Shown: positions 1-11,654, counted from the first letter of the stretch. The stretch is 64,000 nucleotides of DNA from Octopus vulgaris (GCA_951406725.2 OX597821.1:107694001-107758000), one strand, 5' to 3'. Notes: generated by a model not told the origin, from the sequence alone. Numbers and translations: made by a program.

Positions 1-47
1 CAAAGAACAACCGCAAATAGAACAGCGAGAATCAGAACAACAACAAC

Positions 48-189
<142 letters not shown>

Positions 190-190
<1 letters not shown>

Positions 191-328
191 TCATTTTTAC
201 TATAGGCATTATGTGAGGAGGGGGACAGTCGATCATATCGACCCAAGTACTCAACTGGTACTTAATTTATCGACCCCGAAATGATAAGAGGCAATGTCGA
301 CCCCAGCAGAATTTGAACTCAGAATGTT
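190..328 (-). mobile_element. SINE fragment with Meta/MESC-like central domain
   Basis: Reverse complement matches the ttctgagttcaaatt...ttcggggtcgataaattaagtaccagtt block repeated about 10 times in the window. Confidence 0.75.
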
Positions 329-689
329 AATACGTCTGCTCTACTCGTTTGCTAATAAGAACTACAATATCGACGACAACGAATATAGCTATGACGATGA
401 TAATAATGGTGCAGATAGTTTTTCTTATTTGTTATAGGAACATCTGACGGGGGTTTAATAAAAGCAGGCGGACAAACACATAAAAGATGTGCTTAATTGT
501 GTAGATGCATTGACCCGTTTGATTACTGTTATTTTGCCATTCGAGGTTTAAAAACTAGTTTTATAGAAACTTCTTTCTAAATTCCCATTTTGATTTTCAC
601 ATTAACTTGTCAGCTGAATTATGTATAATGTTAGAGAAAGAAACCTAGCTGTTTCTTGCAATACATACCAATGCAAGCATCTAAAGGAA

Positions 690-811
690 GAGTTTTTAAG
701 GGCCCCTTAAGATACTATCGTGAATCCCCAATTTACTATTTCCTTGTGTAGACCCTGAAAAATCTTTAATGGACCCTCAAGAGCCATATGGTCCCTGGTT
801 CAGAACCACTG
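690..811. mobile_element. hAT-type MITE end fragment
   Basis: Ends in ggttcagaaccactg, resembling the reverse complement of the CAGTGGTTCTCAACC terminus of hAT/Charlie elements. No partner TIR found. Confidence 0.45.
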
Positions 812-890
812 GCGTAGATGTTTAATCATCAGAGAACTATTTGCAACATAGCAATTTTCATTCTTATTGACTGTTGAAACCTTGCTTCTC

Positions 891-1130
891 ATTGGTCAGC
901 GTATACCACGTGATAGAAGATTTTGCAGGCTACAGAAGTGAAGAAATACGAATCTGGCCAAAGATGTACCCCACAATAGCGGAGCGCAGAAATTTCTGCA
1001 TCATAAAATTGATTCCTATTGGTCAACTCAAGTCACGTGGTGGAAATGTTTGCATGGTGCTGGAATGAAGGAAAGGATGTGCCCAAAGCGAGCGACCTGT
1101 AAAAAATTGGTCAGCGCTAAAGGAAACGTG
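891..1130. promoter_or_regulatory. Cluster of CCAAT-box / E-box composite motifs
   Basis: ATTGGTCA at 891, 1018 and 1106. The first two have ATTGG-N11-CACGTG (E-boxes at 907 and 1034); the third has ATTGG-N14-AACGTG. Confidence 0.4.
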
Positions 1131-1395
1131 ATTATCAATAGCAAATAAGGATCCGTTTATCAAGTCGAGTTCGGCTAAAACGTTACTCACGGCTAACTTA
1201 TGGACGATTAGGCTCGAGCTTCAGGTGTTGATAAAACTCCGAGTAACGGACACCTGAGTGAACAATCATTCATTTACATATACAATTAGATATATGGTTT
1301 CTCATATGTATGCACATGAGGGAAGGCCCACACGCCCACACATACACAACACACACTCACACACCTGTATGTATATATATATACATACACATAAG

Positions 1396-1442
<47 letters not shown>

Positions 1443-1532
1443 ATATGTACACTTTGACTCTTGCCTTTACTTGTTTCAGTCATTAGACTGCAGTCATGTT
1501 GGGGCATCACTTACGTATTTATGTGTTGCGTG

Positions 1533-1573
<41 letters not shown>

Positions 1574-1605
1574 GTAAATATATGTATATATATATGTATA
1601 TATAT

Positions 1606-1652
<47 letters not shown>

Positions 1653-2515
1653 TATATATGTATATATATTATATATGTGTATATATATACATATATATAT
1701 TTATATATACGTATGTATATATATACATACATATATATATATATATAGCGTAAGAGAAAGAACGAGAAAGATTTTTAAAAACAGATACTTGCACACACAA
1801 CACACACATTCACATATATACTCATTTATGATAACATACGTGTGTGTTCGTTTGTGTATATTTGCAGTCACATATCTACATATATACGTATAAACACACA
1901 CACACACACATATATACACATAGACACACACACACACACACACAGACACTCACACACAACACACACAATCACACACACAGAGTTCATATATCTTAATGCC
2001 ATAACAAACATTATAAATGAAAATCTAAGGACAAACAACCACAGTAAGAACAGCAAAAAACCGTGATACACAAATCTTATGACTAAGATACTTTGCATAA
2101 AAACGTAACTTTTGGGAGGAAGAAAAGAAAGTTATATAATGGCCGCTAGATGACACTGCGCAGATAGAAATGTGGTAAAAAATCAACTGCACTTAGTATG
2201 TTTTTATAGAAACAGCTATAACATTTGCTTTTAGTTTTATATTCTAATATTTTTATATTGCGTATGGAATCTATGTCATGCCCAGCTCGTTCTCTTCTGT
2301 CTTTTTGCTATTAATCTCTTTCTCTTCCTCCTCCTCCCCTCTCTCTCTCTCCGTCTCTCTCTCTCCTTCATCCTGTCTCTCTGTGTCTGCGTATTTTTCC
2401 TGAAGATTCAATCAGATAGTGGTATGCATACGCTAACTTAATCTCCCTCTTTCTCTGTTCATCTATCTATCTAGACTGAACGCACGCATCCATTTCTAAG
2501 TAAGATTGTTCTTAA

Positions 2516-2574
<59 letters not shown>

Positions 2575-2849
2575 AGTTTTTTTTAATATACTGCCACGCT
2601 TTTTGAGGGAATCCTTTTCTGTAGAGAAAGGGACTTCATCCTATATTGTTAGTAGTAAACTCACTGCTTGTTACAAGGGGACCGGTAACCATTACAATTT
2701 GTAGCGGCGATAAGTCAAAACGTTGTTCTGAGACTGACCAAGGAATTTTTATTTTTAGATATAAATGATGTACTTAAATGTGGTTGTGTTTTTAGCTTCT
2801 GCTTTTTCCATGATCACATGTGAGTATTTTATTTATGTACCCTCGTAAG

Positions 2850-2910
2850 CTCTACTGAAGAAGAATATATCCTTTATAGGGATTAATTCCGAAATCGATT
2901 CAATATAGAG
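2850..2910 (+). ncRNA. Type I hammerhead ribozyme, slightly decayed, in a PLE-like remnant (approx. 2580-3015)
   Basis: ctcta-CTGAAGA-[agaat..atccctttatagggat-like hairpin..attcc]-GAAA-tcgattcaa-TA-tagag. Stem I ctcta/tagag, AUA triplet, single mismatches in stems II and III. Confidence 0.75.
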
Positions 2911-3013
2911 ATAACGAAATATAAATTTTCTAAAGTTCAATTTTCCTGTAACAAGTGGATTATAAGTGGATAGATCAGTGTATTGGCTATAGAATAACCT
3001 TCTTTAGCCCTTA

Positions 3014-3070
<57 letters not shown>

Positions 3071-3340
3071 TGTATGTGTGTGTGCGTGTCTGTGTGTGTG
3101 TGTAACTGCATGTGTACCGTTGGCGACTTCTTTTCTTTTTACGACTTTTCCTTTTTTCCTTTCCGACGGAAAGCTATGCTCGAAACGTCAAACTCTCTTT
3201 TTAGGGAACATCAAGCTAATACATTTCTTGTGCACGGTCCCTTATTGTCCGTTCATTTTACTCGTTTATTTGAATATATATATATATATATGTATATATA
3301 TGTGTATATATATGTATATTTATATATATATGTATACTTA

Positions 3341-3704
3341 GCACTCCGTCGGTTACGATGACGAGGGCTCTAGTTGATCCGATGAACGGAACAGCCTGCT
3401 GATTAAATTAACGTGCAAGTGTCTGAACACTCCAGAGACGCGTGTACCCTTAACGTAGTTCTCGGGGAGATTCAGCGTGAGACAGAGTGTGACAAGGCTG
3501 GTTTCTTTCAAATATAGGTACAGCAGAAACAGGAAGAAAGAGTGAGAGAAATTTGTAGTGAAAGAGTACAGCAGGATTCACCACCAGCCTCGTGGAGCTT
3601 TAGGTGTTTTCGCTCAATAAAACTCACAAACCCGGTCTTGTAATGGAAACTGCAATCTTACAACCGCGAGTCTGCTGCCCTAAACACTAGGCCATTGCGC
3701 CTCC
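3341..3704 (-). mobile_element. tRNA-derived SINE (central domain A + tail 1)
   Basis: A/B-box head; closely similar to 20594-20953 and 57302-57679. Confidence 0.9.
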
Positions 3705-3856
3705 ACAATACATGCGCGCGCGCGCACACACACATACATATATGTATGTATGTACAGTGAATCCAAACAAATAAGAACAAACAAGAAAAAACAATAACGC
3801 GAGGACATGTGTACAAGTACTGTATTATCAGATGCTGAAGAAATGAAGGAAAGAGG

Positions 3857-3891
3857 ATTTAACGTTTCGAGCAAATCTCTTCTTCAGAAAT
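3857..3891 (-). ncRNA. Minimal type I hammerhead motif of PLE type
   Basis: Minus strand reads attt-CTGAAGA-a-gag-atttg-ctc-GAAA-cg-TT-aaat, with palindromic stem III (aacgtt). Confidence 0.7.
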
Positions 3892-3969
3892 AGAGGAAAG
3901 TCCAAAGGAAGAGAGGGTTGAGGAAGAAAATCGCCAATGATAGACACATGGTTACATTTTGAAAATCAT

Positions 3970-4025
<56 letters not shown>

Positions 4026-4096
4026 TATCTATCCATCTATCTATCTATGTATCTATCTATCTATACACACACATACATACACGTATGTCTCATATA

Positions 4097-4352
4097 ATCA
4101 CGTGACCGACCAGATATCAAATGCTTTTACACATAGCAGGTCAGAGTGTGCTTTACATCGTTTTAGCCTTCGAATGACGCCAACCTGCCGACTCGGCGAG
4201 TCGCTCAGCATTCCTCCCTGATCGAAAGCACTGGAGCAACATGAAATAAGGTGTTTTTCTCAAAAATTACAACTCGCCACCCGGTTTGGGAATCGAACGC
4301 GCGATCTAGCAACGGTGACTGCAACAGCCTATCCACTAGGCCTCCCGCCTTC
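4097..4352 (-). mobile_element. tRNA-derived SINE (domain B + tail 2)
   Basis: Tail atcacgtgaccgaccag...gccttcgaatgacgcca is shared with 34743; ctggagcaacatgaaataa domain is shared with 14174-14481. Confidence 0.8.
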
Positions 4353-4483
4353 GCACGCAAACGCACACACACATAACATTGAAAAGTGGGATAAGACATA
4401 CGCTCTATATACAGATTTATATTCGTATAATGAGCAACCGAACCAATATGAAGGCGCATACAGGAAGCTGTCTACAGATCGAT

Positions 4484-4572
<89 letters not shown>

Positions 4573-4654
4573 AAAGTATACATACATACATAAGCATATA
4601 CATACATATAGGTAGGTAAAGAGGTAACCAGGAAGATGTGTAGGTAGATGATAT

Positions 4655-4774
4655 AAATATGGTCATATCACGTTGAAAGCACCGGTTCTCGTCCGATCAC
4701 CGAAATTAAGCAACATCGAACTTAGTGAGTACTTAGATGGGTGACCGCTTGGGAAATCTAGGTGTTCTAAGCGT
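4655..4774 (+). pseudogene. 5S rRNA: Diverged 5S rRNA copy (orphan gene or pseudogene)
   Basis: ggtcatatcacgttgaaagcaccggttctcgtccgatcaccgaaattaagcaac...gtacttagatgggtgaccgcttgggaa...ggtgttctaagc follows animal 5S rRNA over about 120 nt. The 5' end and internal control region carry substitutions; TTTT at 4782-4785. Confidence 0.92.
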
Positions 4775-4788
4775 CTCACACTTTTGTA

Positions 4789-5097
4789 GGCGCAGGAGTG
4801 GCTGGGTGGTAAGTAGCTTGATTGCCAACCACATAGTTCCGAGTTCAGTCCCACTGCGTGACACCTTGGGCAAGTGCCATCTACTATGGCCTCGGGCCGA
4901 CCAAAGCCTTGTGAATGGATCTGGTAGAACGAAACTGAAAGAATCCCGTCGTATATATCTAAATATATGTGTGAGACCGATAGCATAAGTACTAGGCTTA
5001 CAAAGAATTAGTCCTGGGGTCGATTTGCTTGACTAAAATGCGGTGCTCCAGCATGGCCGCATTCAAATGACTGAAACAAGTAAAAGAATAAAAGAAT
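4789..5097 (+). mobile_element. tRNA-derived SINE family C (ggcgcaggagtggctg... head), internally deleted
   Basis: Head, body (ccttgggcaagtg...gaaactgaaagaa) and tail (ggtgctccagcatggccgca...gactgaaacaagtaaaaga) recur many times in the window. Confidence 0.9.
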
Positions 5098-5112
5098 ATT
5101 CATATCATTATG

Positions 5113-5208
5113 GAGTGAGAGAGCAGTGCATGCCATCGAAGTGACACTGGGGTAAAATATACGAAACCCGGTATACGCATCATGACTACCCGTCTGATAA
5201 AGGCATAC
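5113..5208 (-). mobile_element. 3' fragment of the repeat at 59140-59631
   Basis: Reverse complement of about 59535-59631. Confidence 0.85.
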
Positions 5209-5830
5209 GAGTATGTATGTATGTATGTATGTATGTATGTATGTATGTATGTATGTATGTATGTATGTATGTATGTATGTATGTATGTATGTATGTATGT
5301 ATGTATGTTTGTATGTATGTTTGTATGTATGTATGTATGTATGTATCTATACATGCATATATATATATATATATATATATACATATGTTTATATATATAT
5401 ATAAGTCCTAGGGTCGATTTCCTCGACTAAAACGCGGTGCTCCAGCATGGCCGCAGTCAGATGGCTGAAACAAATAAAAGAGAGTATACATATAAACGCT
5501 TATATGTACACATACACATTGTATACACACACACGCGCATACGCATACACACATATACATACATACACCTTATATACACATATAGATATCGATAAATACT
5601 TACCCACACACTTGCATGTGCGTCTATATTTGCTTACGTGTGTTTGTTGTATGTGTGAATGGATGTGTTTGAAGTAATATTTATGAATATTTACGCTTGT
5701 TTATCTTTCGCAGAAATCTATAACCTATCGAATAGGTTTAACTTCTGAAAGCCATTATAGTAAGACAGCGTTTTCTAAAAAATAAAAGCAAAAAAATAAA
5801 CAAATACAAAATACAAACAAACAAATAATA

Positions 5831-5883
<53 letters not shown>

Positions 5884-5964
5884 GGTCCCGGGTTGAGTCC
5901 GGGTTAACCACAGTAAATAAGGTACTCAATACATAGCAGAGTAAATTAATTTATTTTATAGAAG

Positions 5965-6017
5965 GAGCTTCTACAGGACTAGAACTGTTTCATTCAGAAG
6001 AAATCATCAGGAAGCTC
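5965..6017 (-). ncRNA. Type I hammerhead ribozyme
   Basis: gagcttc-CTGATGA-tttcttctgaat-GAAA-cag-ttctagtc-ctg-TA-gaagctc. Confidence 0.85.
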
Positions 6018-6022
6018 ATCAC

Positions 6023-6075
6023 GAGCTTCCTGATGATTTCATTTGAATGAAACAGTTCTTGTCCTGTAGAAGCTC
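6023..6075 (+). ncRNA. Type I hammerhead ribozyme
   Basis: gagcttc-CTGATGA-tttcatttgaat-GAAA-cag-ttcttgtc-ctg-TA-gaagctc. 7-bp stem I, 4-bp stem III, GUA triplet at 6066-6068; stem II is weak and closed by U-U. Confidence 0.85.
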
Positions 6076-6721
6076 CTTCTATAAAATATATATATATTTA
6101 TATATATATGATGAAACTATACGTACCAGGTGAACCTATATCTTGACAGGAAACTCACAAAAGCGCAATAGTGTCAAACTCCGTCATTCACCAAAAGCCA
6201 ACCACATAAGATTGGCCATTGAAAAGGGGAATTACACCGGTGGTGTTCCAGCATGGCCACAGCCTTAAGGCTGAAATGTATTAAAGAATATATATATATA
6301 TATATATATATAAAAACACACACACATGCATATATCTGTTACATCATTCTTGTCTTCTCCTTTTCTTTATATCATGCTCCTCGTTGCGCTAAAGTCTTTT
6401 ACACAACAACAACAAAGAATGAATTTATTCATTTAGTAATTTAGTAATTCTTTCGCGGGTAAACGGAGGAGGCTTTTGGTAAGTCATTCGATCAGCTAGA
6501 AATAGCAGTGATATTTACCTCCTAAATCGCGCCCTACTGCCATACAAAAATGAGGAAGCTTTCAATATGGTTCTGGGTTATTTGCAGATAGAGAAAATTA
6601 AGGTATTTGCCGAGGCTGGAATAACTCTAATTATAAATCTTCTCAGTAAGGGATGAGCAACAAAAATAATAACAATAATAATAACGAAAATAGCAACAAC
6701 AATAACAACAACAGCAACAGT

Positions 6722-7147
6722 GGAGACGCAATGGCCCAGTGGTTAGGGCAGCGGACTCGCGGTCGTAAGAACGCGGTTTCGATTCCTAGACCGGGCATTG
6801 TGAGTGTTTATTGAGCAAAAACACCTAAGCTCCACGGAACTCCGGTGGGTAGGGGTGAACCCCGCTGTACTCTTTCACCACAACTTTATCTCACTCTTTC
6901 TTCCTACTTCTGCCACATTTAGACCCTAGTCTAAATTGCGAATCCTCTGTACCCCAGGGTGGTTCAGCTCTCTACCCGTTAAAAACCACCGTTTACGGAA
7001 TGAGAATAACAACGTAGCTTTCGCGCCCGTGCAACCGTCAGTCAATCGTGTGTGGTGGGTGGATCTTCAAGTTGTCACAGCTTAGAGTAGGCTCGAATTA
7101 GAAATTATTTTTTGTAGCTAATGGCGTGAGTCCTGATTGGATGAAGA
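6722..7147 (+). mobile_element. tRNA-derived SINE (domain A + a different tail ending in (AAC)n)
   Basis: ggagacgcaatggcccagtggttagggcagcggactcgcgg...gtttcgattcc head and domain A, then unrelated sequence from about 6910. Confidence 0.8.
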
Positions 7148-7354
7148 ACAACAACAGCAGCAAAAACAACAACAGTAACAACAACAACAGTCTTTCTTTT
7201 CTTATTTTTTGATTTCTTTAGATATTTAGTCTTCATGCGAGTTGGCTTCAAAATTGCTTTGAGACACAAGGTACGTTATGTAAGTCTGCCCAACCACGTG
7301 TCTCCATAGCAAGAAACTTTTAATAGCTCTTATTTTAAAACAGTGTACATTAAA

Positions 7355-7740
7355 TGCTGTGTGGTAAGAAGTAAGCTTCCCAACCACATGATTCCGGGTT
7401 CAGTTCCACTGCATGGCATCTTCGGCAAATGTCTTCTACTATAGCTCTGTGCTCACCAAAGCCTTGTGAATGAATTTGGTAGACAGAAACTGAAAGAAGC
7501 CTGTCGTATATATATATGTATATGTATATCTATTTGTGCGTGCTTTTGTGTCTGTGTATCTCCCTCTTGACAACCGGTGTTGGTGTTTTACGTCCCCCTT
7601 TACTTAGTGGTTCGGCAAAAGATACCGATAAAGTACCAGGCTTAACAAAATTGTCCTGGGATCGATTCATTCAGCTAAAAGCTTCTTAAAGGTGGTGCCC
7701 CAGTATGACCATAGTCTAACCACTGAGGCAAGCGAAAGTT
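7355..7740 (+). mobile_element. SINE family C
   Basis: Near-complete copy with internal (TA)/(TG) tract. Confidence 0.88.
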
Positions 7741-8159
7741 AAAAAATAAAAGATATGCATGTATGTATGTATTTATGTATGTATGTATGTATGTATGTAT
7801 GTATGTATGTATGTATGTATGTATGTATGTATGTATGTATGTATGTATGTATGTGTGTATGTATGTGTGTATGTATACATGTATACGTCTGTTTATGTAT
7901 TTTACTGATGTAAATAAAGGCCTGTCTGTCTTCATGTATGATTGACGAGTGTTTGTTCCCGTAATCAAGGGTTATGCTCACGTAATTGTCTGCCAATATC
8001 ACGAAACACGTGTACATTATATAAGTTATTAATATCAATATACATTTGGTACCGACTTCGTTCTCTGTGTTCTTTCTCCTTATATGCATGTTTTTATGTA
8101 TGTATGTATGTATGTATGTATGTATGTATGTATGTATGTATGCATGTATGTATGTATGT

Positions 8160-8311
8160 ATTTATGTATTATCTGGACATTCCTTCTTCAGATATCGGTT
8201 ACCAGATACGCCGAAACAATTGTAGTGATTCGTAATAAAGTCTGTTAATTCCATCGTTTCGTATTAAAATTATGTCTCTCTGTCCGTCTGTCTGTCCGTC
8301 TGTCTGTCCGT

Positions 8312-8375
<64 letters not shown>

Positions 8376-8660
8376 CTGTATGTATGTATGTATGTATGTA
8401 TGTATGTATGTATGTATGTATGTATGTGTGTGTATGTATGTTTTTCTGTATGGTTGCATGAATGCATGTATGTTTGTATGTATGTATGTATGTATGTATG
8501 TATGTATGTATGTATGTATGTATGTATGTATTATCTGGTTAAACTCCAAAGCCTCTCTTCGGATATCGGCTACCGCATGCGCTGAAACAATTTTAGTGAT
8601 ACGTATTAAAGTGTGTCCATTCCATCTTTTCCTATTAAAATTCTTATGTTTGTCTGTCTA
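8160..8660. repeat. Diverged direct duplication of about 110 bp separated by microsatellites
   Basis: tattatctgg...cttcagatatcggttacc...gaaacaattgtagtgattcgtaataaagt...ttccatc at about 8165 recurs at about 8528. Confidence 0.8.
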
Positions 8661-8664
8661 ACTG

Positions 8665-8703
<39 letters not shown>

Positions 8704-9301
8704 GTGTATATATATATATGTATGTATGTTTGTATGTCTAATGATATTCATATTAATTAGAATTAGGCGATCCGACTGCTGGCAGCGCTCAGTGAATGTC
8801 AAAAGATCATAGAACGAGATAAGGTTATTACATCTGTCTAGATACCCGAGAACTAAGAGAGCCGCTCGCCCTTTCCTGAGACATAAAAAAAAACCAGAAA
8901 AAGAAAATACATAAAATGCTTATGAATATCCTTAATTCCACTACGTCTTTCTTTTCTCATCTCCATCAATTCTGACTGATGTAACAGAAGACTAAACAAA
9001 ATATATAATATAATATATCATATATATATATATATGATACAAAGCATAATAGACTTAACAACGGAAAGCGAGTGGTTGAATTTATTCTGATGTTATGATA
9101 CCGACAGCATTTAGCTGGAATGTGATAATGCACTTAAAAAAATGATTAGACTAATAAATATTCATAATTATCGATTGTCAATGTAGAAGATATTGTTTAT
9201 TTTTTATTTGGTATTTTTACATAATTATGTATTATTTTATTACTTTTTCTCTTCTATTTCTGTCTCATATTATTATTAGTTTTATTTATTTATTTATATA
9301 T

Positions 9302-9344
<43 letters not shown>

Positions 9345-9618
9345 GTATTCCATTTCTCCTGTCCTTTACATAGCCGATTCCTCATTAAATAGAATTAATG
9401 AGAGTACATCTCATTATCTAAGAGACTCTGTCTTTACACTTTGGAATTAAGAGACACGTGTACAAATTGTATACGTATTATATATAAATTTTTGTTGTTG
9501 TTGCTGTTGATTTTGTTATCGTTGTAGTCGTTGCTGGGGGTTTTTTTTTGCTATGTTTGTGGCAAGTATTGTTTTCAATGTCTACCGTTATAATATAATA
9601 TAATAGGATTTGGGGCAA

Positions 9619-9770
9619 AGGCGGCGAACTGGCAGAGTCGTTACCGCGCAGGGAAAATATTTAGCAGAATTTCTTTCGACTTATTACGTTCTGAGTTCGA
9701 ATCTAGCCGAGATCAACTTTGTTTTTAAATACTTTCTGAATCGAAAACTAAATACCAACCGTCCAAGTGT
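9619..9770 (+). mobile_element. Meta-domain SINE, decayed
   Basis: ggcggcgaactggcagagtcgtta...ttacgttctgagttcgaat head. Confidence 0.7.
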
Positions 9771-9809
9771 ACATATATGTATATATATACACCAATCGTC
9801 CAAGTATAC

Positions 9810-9840
<31 letters not shown>

Positions 9841-9966
9841 GACAGATATATATGTGTGTGTGTATCTACGTCTGTCTTTGTGTCTTTGTTTGTCCTCCGC
9901 TTGACAACTGGTATTGGTGTGTTTATGTAGCCGTACCATAGCGGCTCCGCAAAAGATATCGACAGA

Positions 9967-9999
<33 letters not shown>

Positions 10000-10324
10000 C
10001 GCGTATACTAGATTAAAAGCTGCCCTATCGAGCGGCTTTGAAGCTAGCTCTAGTGGAAGGTTGTTCATTGGGCCTTGAGCCCAACAATGACACTTCATGC
10101 ATTGAGTATATTTTAAATTTTACTAAACTTGATCAATATTTTTCAAGCAATGAACAATTTTTATAAAAGCAATGATAAAATTTCTCGATTTGGAATTTAT
10201 CGCAAAGCTCCATGATAAACAATATCTTTTGTCTTTCCCATTCGGGGGTCAGTGCAATTTTTTTCTGTCTAACCCCTTTCTTTCTCTCTCTCCCTCTCCA
10301 CCGCTCTCTCTCTCCCTATATATG

Positions 10325-10892
10325 TCTATTATATAAAATCCATTCTGTCTGTCTGTGTGTGTGTGTCTTCTAGGATTTCGAGCATCCTCCATCCGATTTC
10401 GCTCAAATTTGATATGTAGATACCGACGATGTCAGGGCGTGTATAAGTCTTGAAAAATTTACAAAAATCGATTCCAGATGAGAATGCTTTCGATAAAGCC
10501 GTTTTTGTCCGGCTTTTCTTCCATCAACCTGTACATAACTGCACCTTCCAATTTTTGATATTTTTGTACTACTTAAAGGTACGTTTCTTTCCTGCCAAGC
10601 TGTTTAATCCATGTTTAAACCATGTTTGTGTTCTCCCAGTCAACAGCCTTATAATTACTGGTACTTTAAACTCTTCGGTTGCATATTTGTGTGAATAAAA
10701 TCGTTTTTCTTTGGAACAGAAAAAGTCTATCTTTATTTCTTCTTTTGTTGGTGTCTCAAATTTAGATTAAATCAGTGTTTCTCAACGGGGAGTCCTATGG
10801 GACGGTCGGACAAGTTGTTTTGAGAAAATTTGGTTTAAATGTTTAACAACTGACACCGTCCATTGGACGGTGGGGGACGGGCGCTTTGCTCG
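10325..10892 (+). mobile_element. Non-autonomous Helitron-like element
   Basis: 5' TCtattatataaaa followed by (TGTC)/(TG) repeats and ccgatttcgctcaaattt; subterminal hairpin caccgtcc-att-ggacggtg; 3' end CTCG-T, one mismatch from CTAG-T. Confidence 0.6.
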
Positions 10893-11304
10893 TATATATA
10901 TATATATTGCCGTTGATTGTTTTCAACCATCACCATCACCCGCACCACCACCATCGCCACCACAACTGCAATACACACACCATTCAGACTTCTGACGCCA
11001 GCACCATCAATACTTTGGCTTCGTCGCCTTCCCCTCCACCACTATCACCACTGTCTTTCACTTCGCTTACTATTACCGTCACATGTGCCTCTATCAAAAC
11101 TACAGCTTATACTGTTACTATCAGCCCATTACCTTCACAACCGCCAATCTACTACCGCCCTCACCGTCTCTATGTCTACTATTACTCTCATCCCAGCAAG
11201 AGGAATAGTAGACGTGTCATTGAATAGTGAGAAAGAGGGTCAAAGTGGGACACACTGACACACAGAAATTTGTCTTTGCATTTATTATATATATATATAT
11301 ATAT

Positions 11305-11600
11305 AGCGGTTGTATACTGTCAACTTAACGCGACAGTCCCGTAAAGGGAATCACACCACCGCTATTTAGCCCTAGGAAGCATCGACGCTTTCTGTCGGCT
11401 TTGACACATTTCCTGTGTCTTTATATTTGCGAAGGGGAGACAAGCACCCTCAACAGCTAGGCCAGCATCTAGATGCTTCCTATGGCTAAATAGCGGTGGT
11501 GTGATTCCCTTTACGGGACTGTTACGTTAGTTGACAGTATACAACCGCTCTATCGTTCCACCACCGCTCATATCTCTCTGAGATATTTAGAAATTTAATA

Positions 11601-11610
<10 letters not shown>
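11305..11610. mobile_element. Fold-back cassette in (TA)n without a recognisable HHR core
   Basis: Arms of about 78 bp at 11305-11383 and 11472-11549, 88-bp spacer; right copy extends about 60 nt to the TA tract. Confidence 0.85.

Positions 11611-11654
<44 letters not shown>

Larger units (their letters stand above)
5881..6088. mobile_element. Fold-back cassette with mirror hammerheads, in (TA)n
   Basis: 66-bp arms 5952-6017 and 6023-6088 (3 mismatches by eye), 5-nt loop; the left copy extends about 70 nt further to the TA tract. Confidence 0.9.

Noticed and set aside
1229-1244. 16-mer tgataaaactccgagt shared with 57872-57887
   Set aside because: A single 16-mer match within 64 kb is roughly expected by chance, and the flanks do not align.
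2140-2158. CTCF-like motif tggccgctagatgacactg
   Set aside because: Mismatch in the core GGC and a single instance; cannot be supported without ChIP data.
6722-6795. tRNA gene
   Set aside because: A/B boxes belong to a multi-copy SINE head; no proper cloverleaf or acceptor stem.
8760-8876. Minus-strand exon candidate; similar at 5715-5775
   Set aside because: An acceptor-like signal is present but there is no good donor or recognisable peptide.
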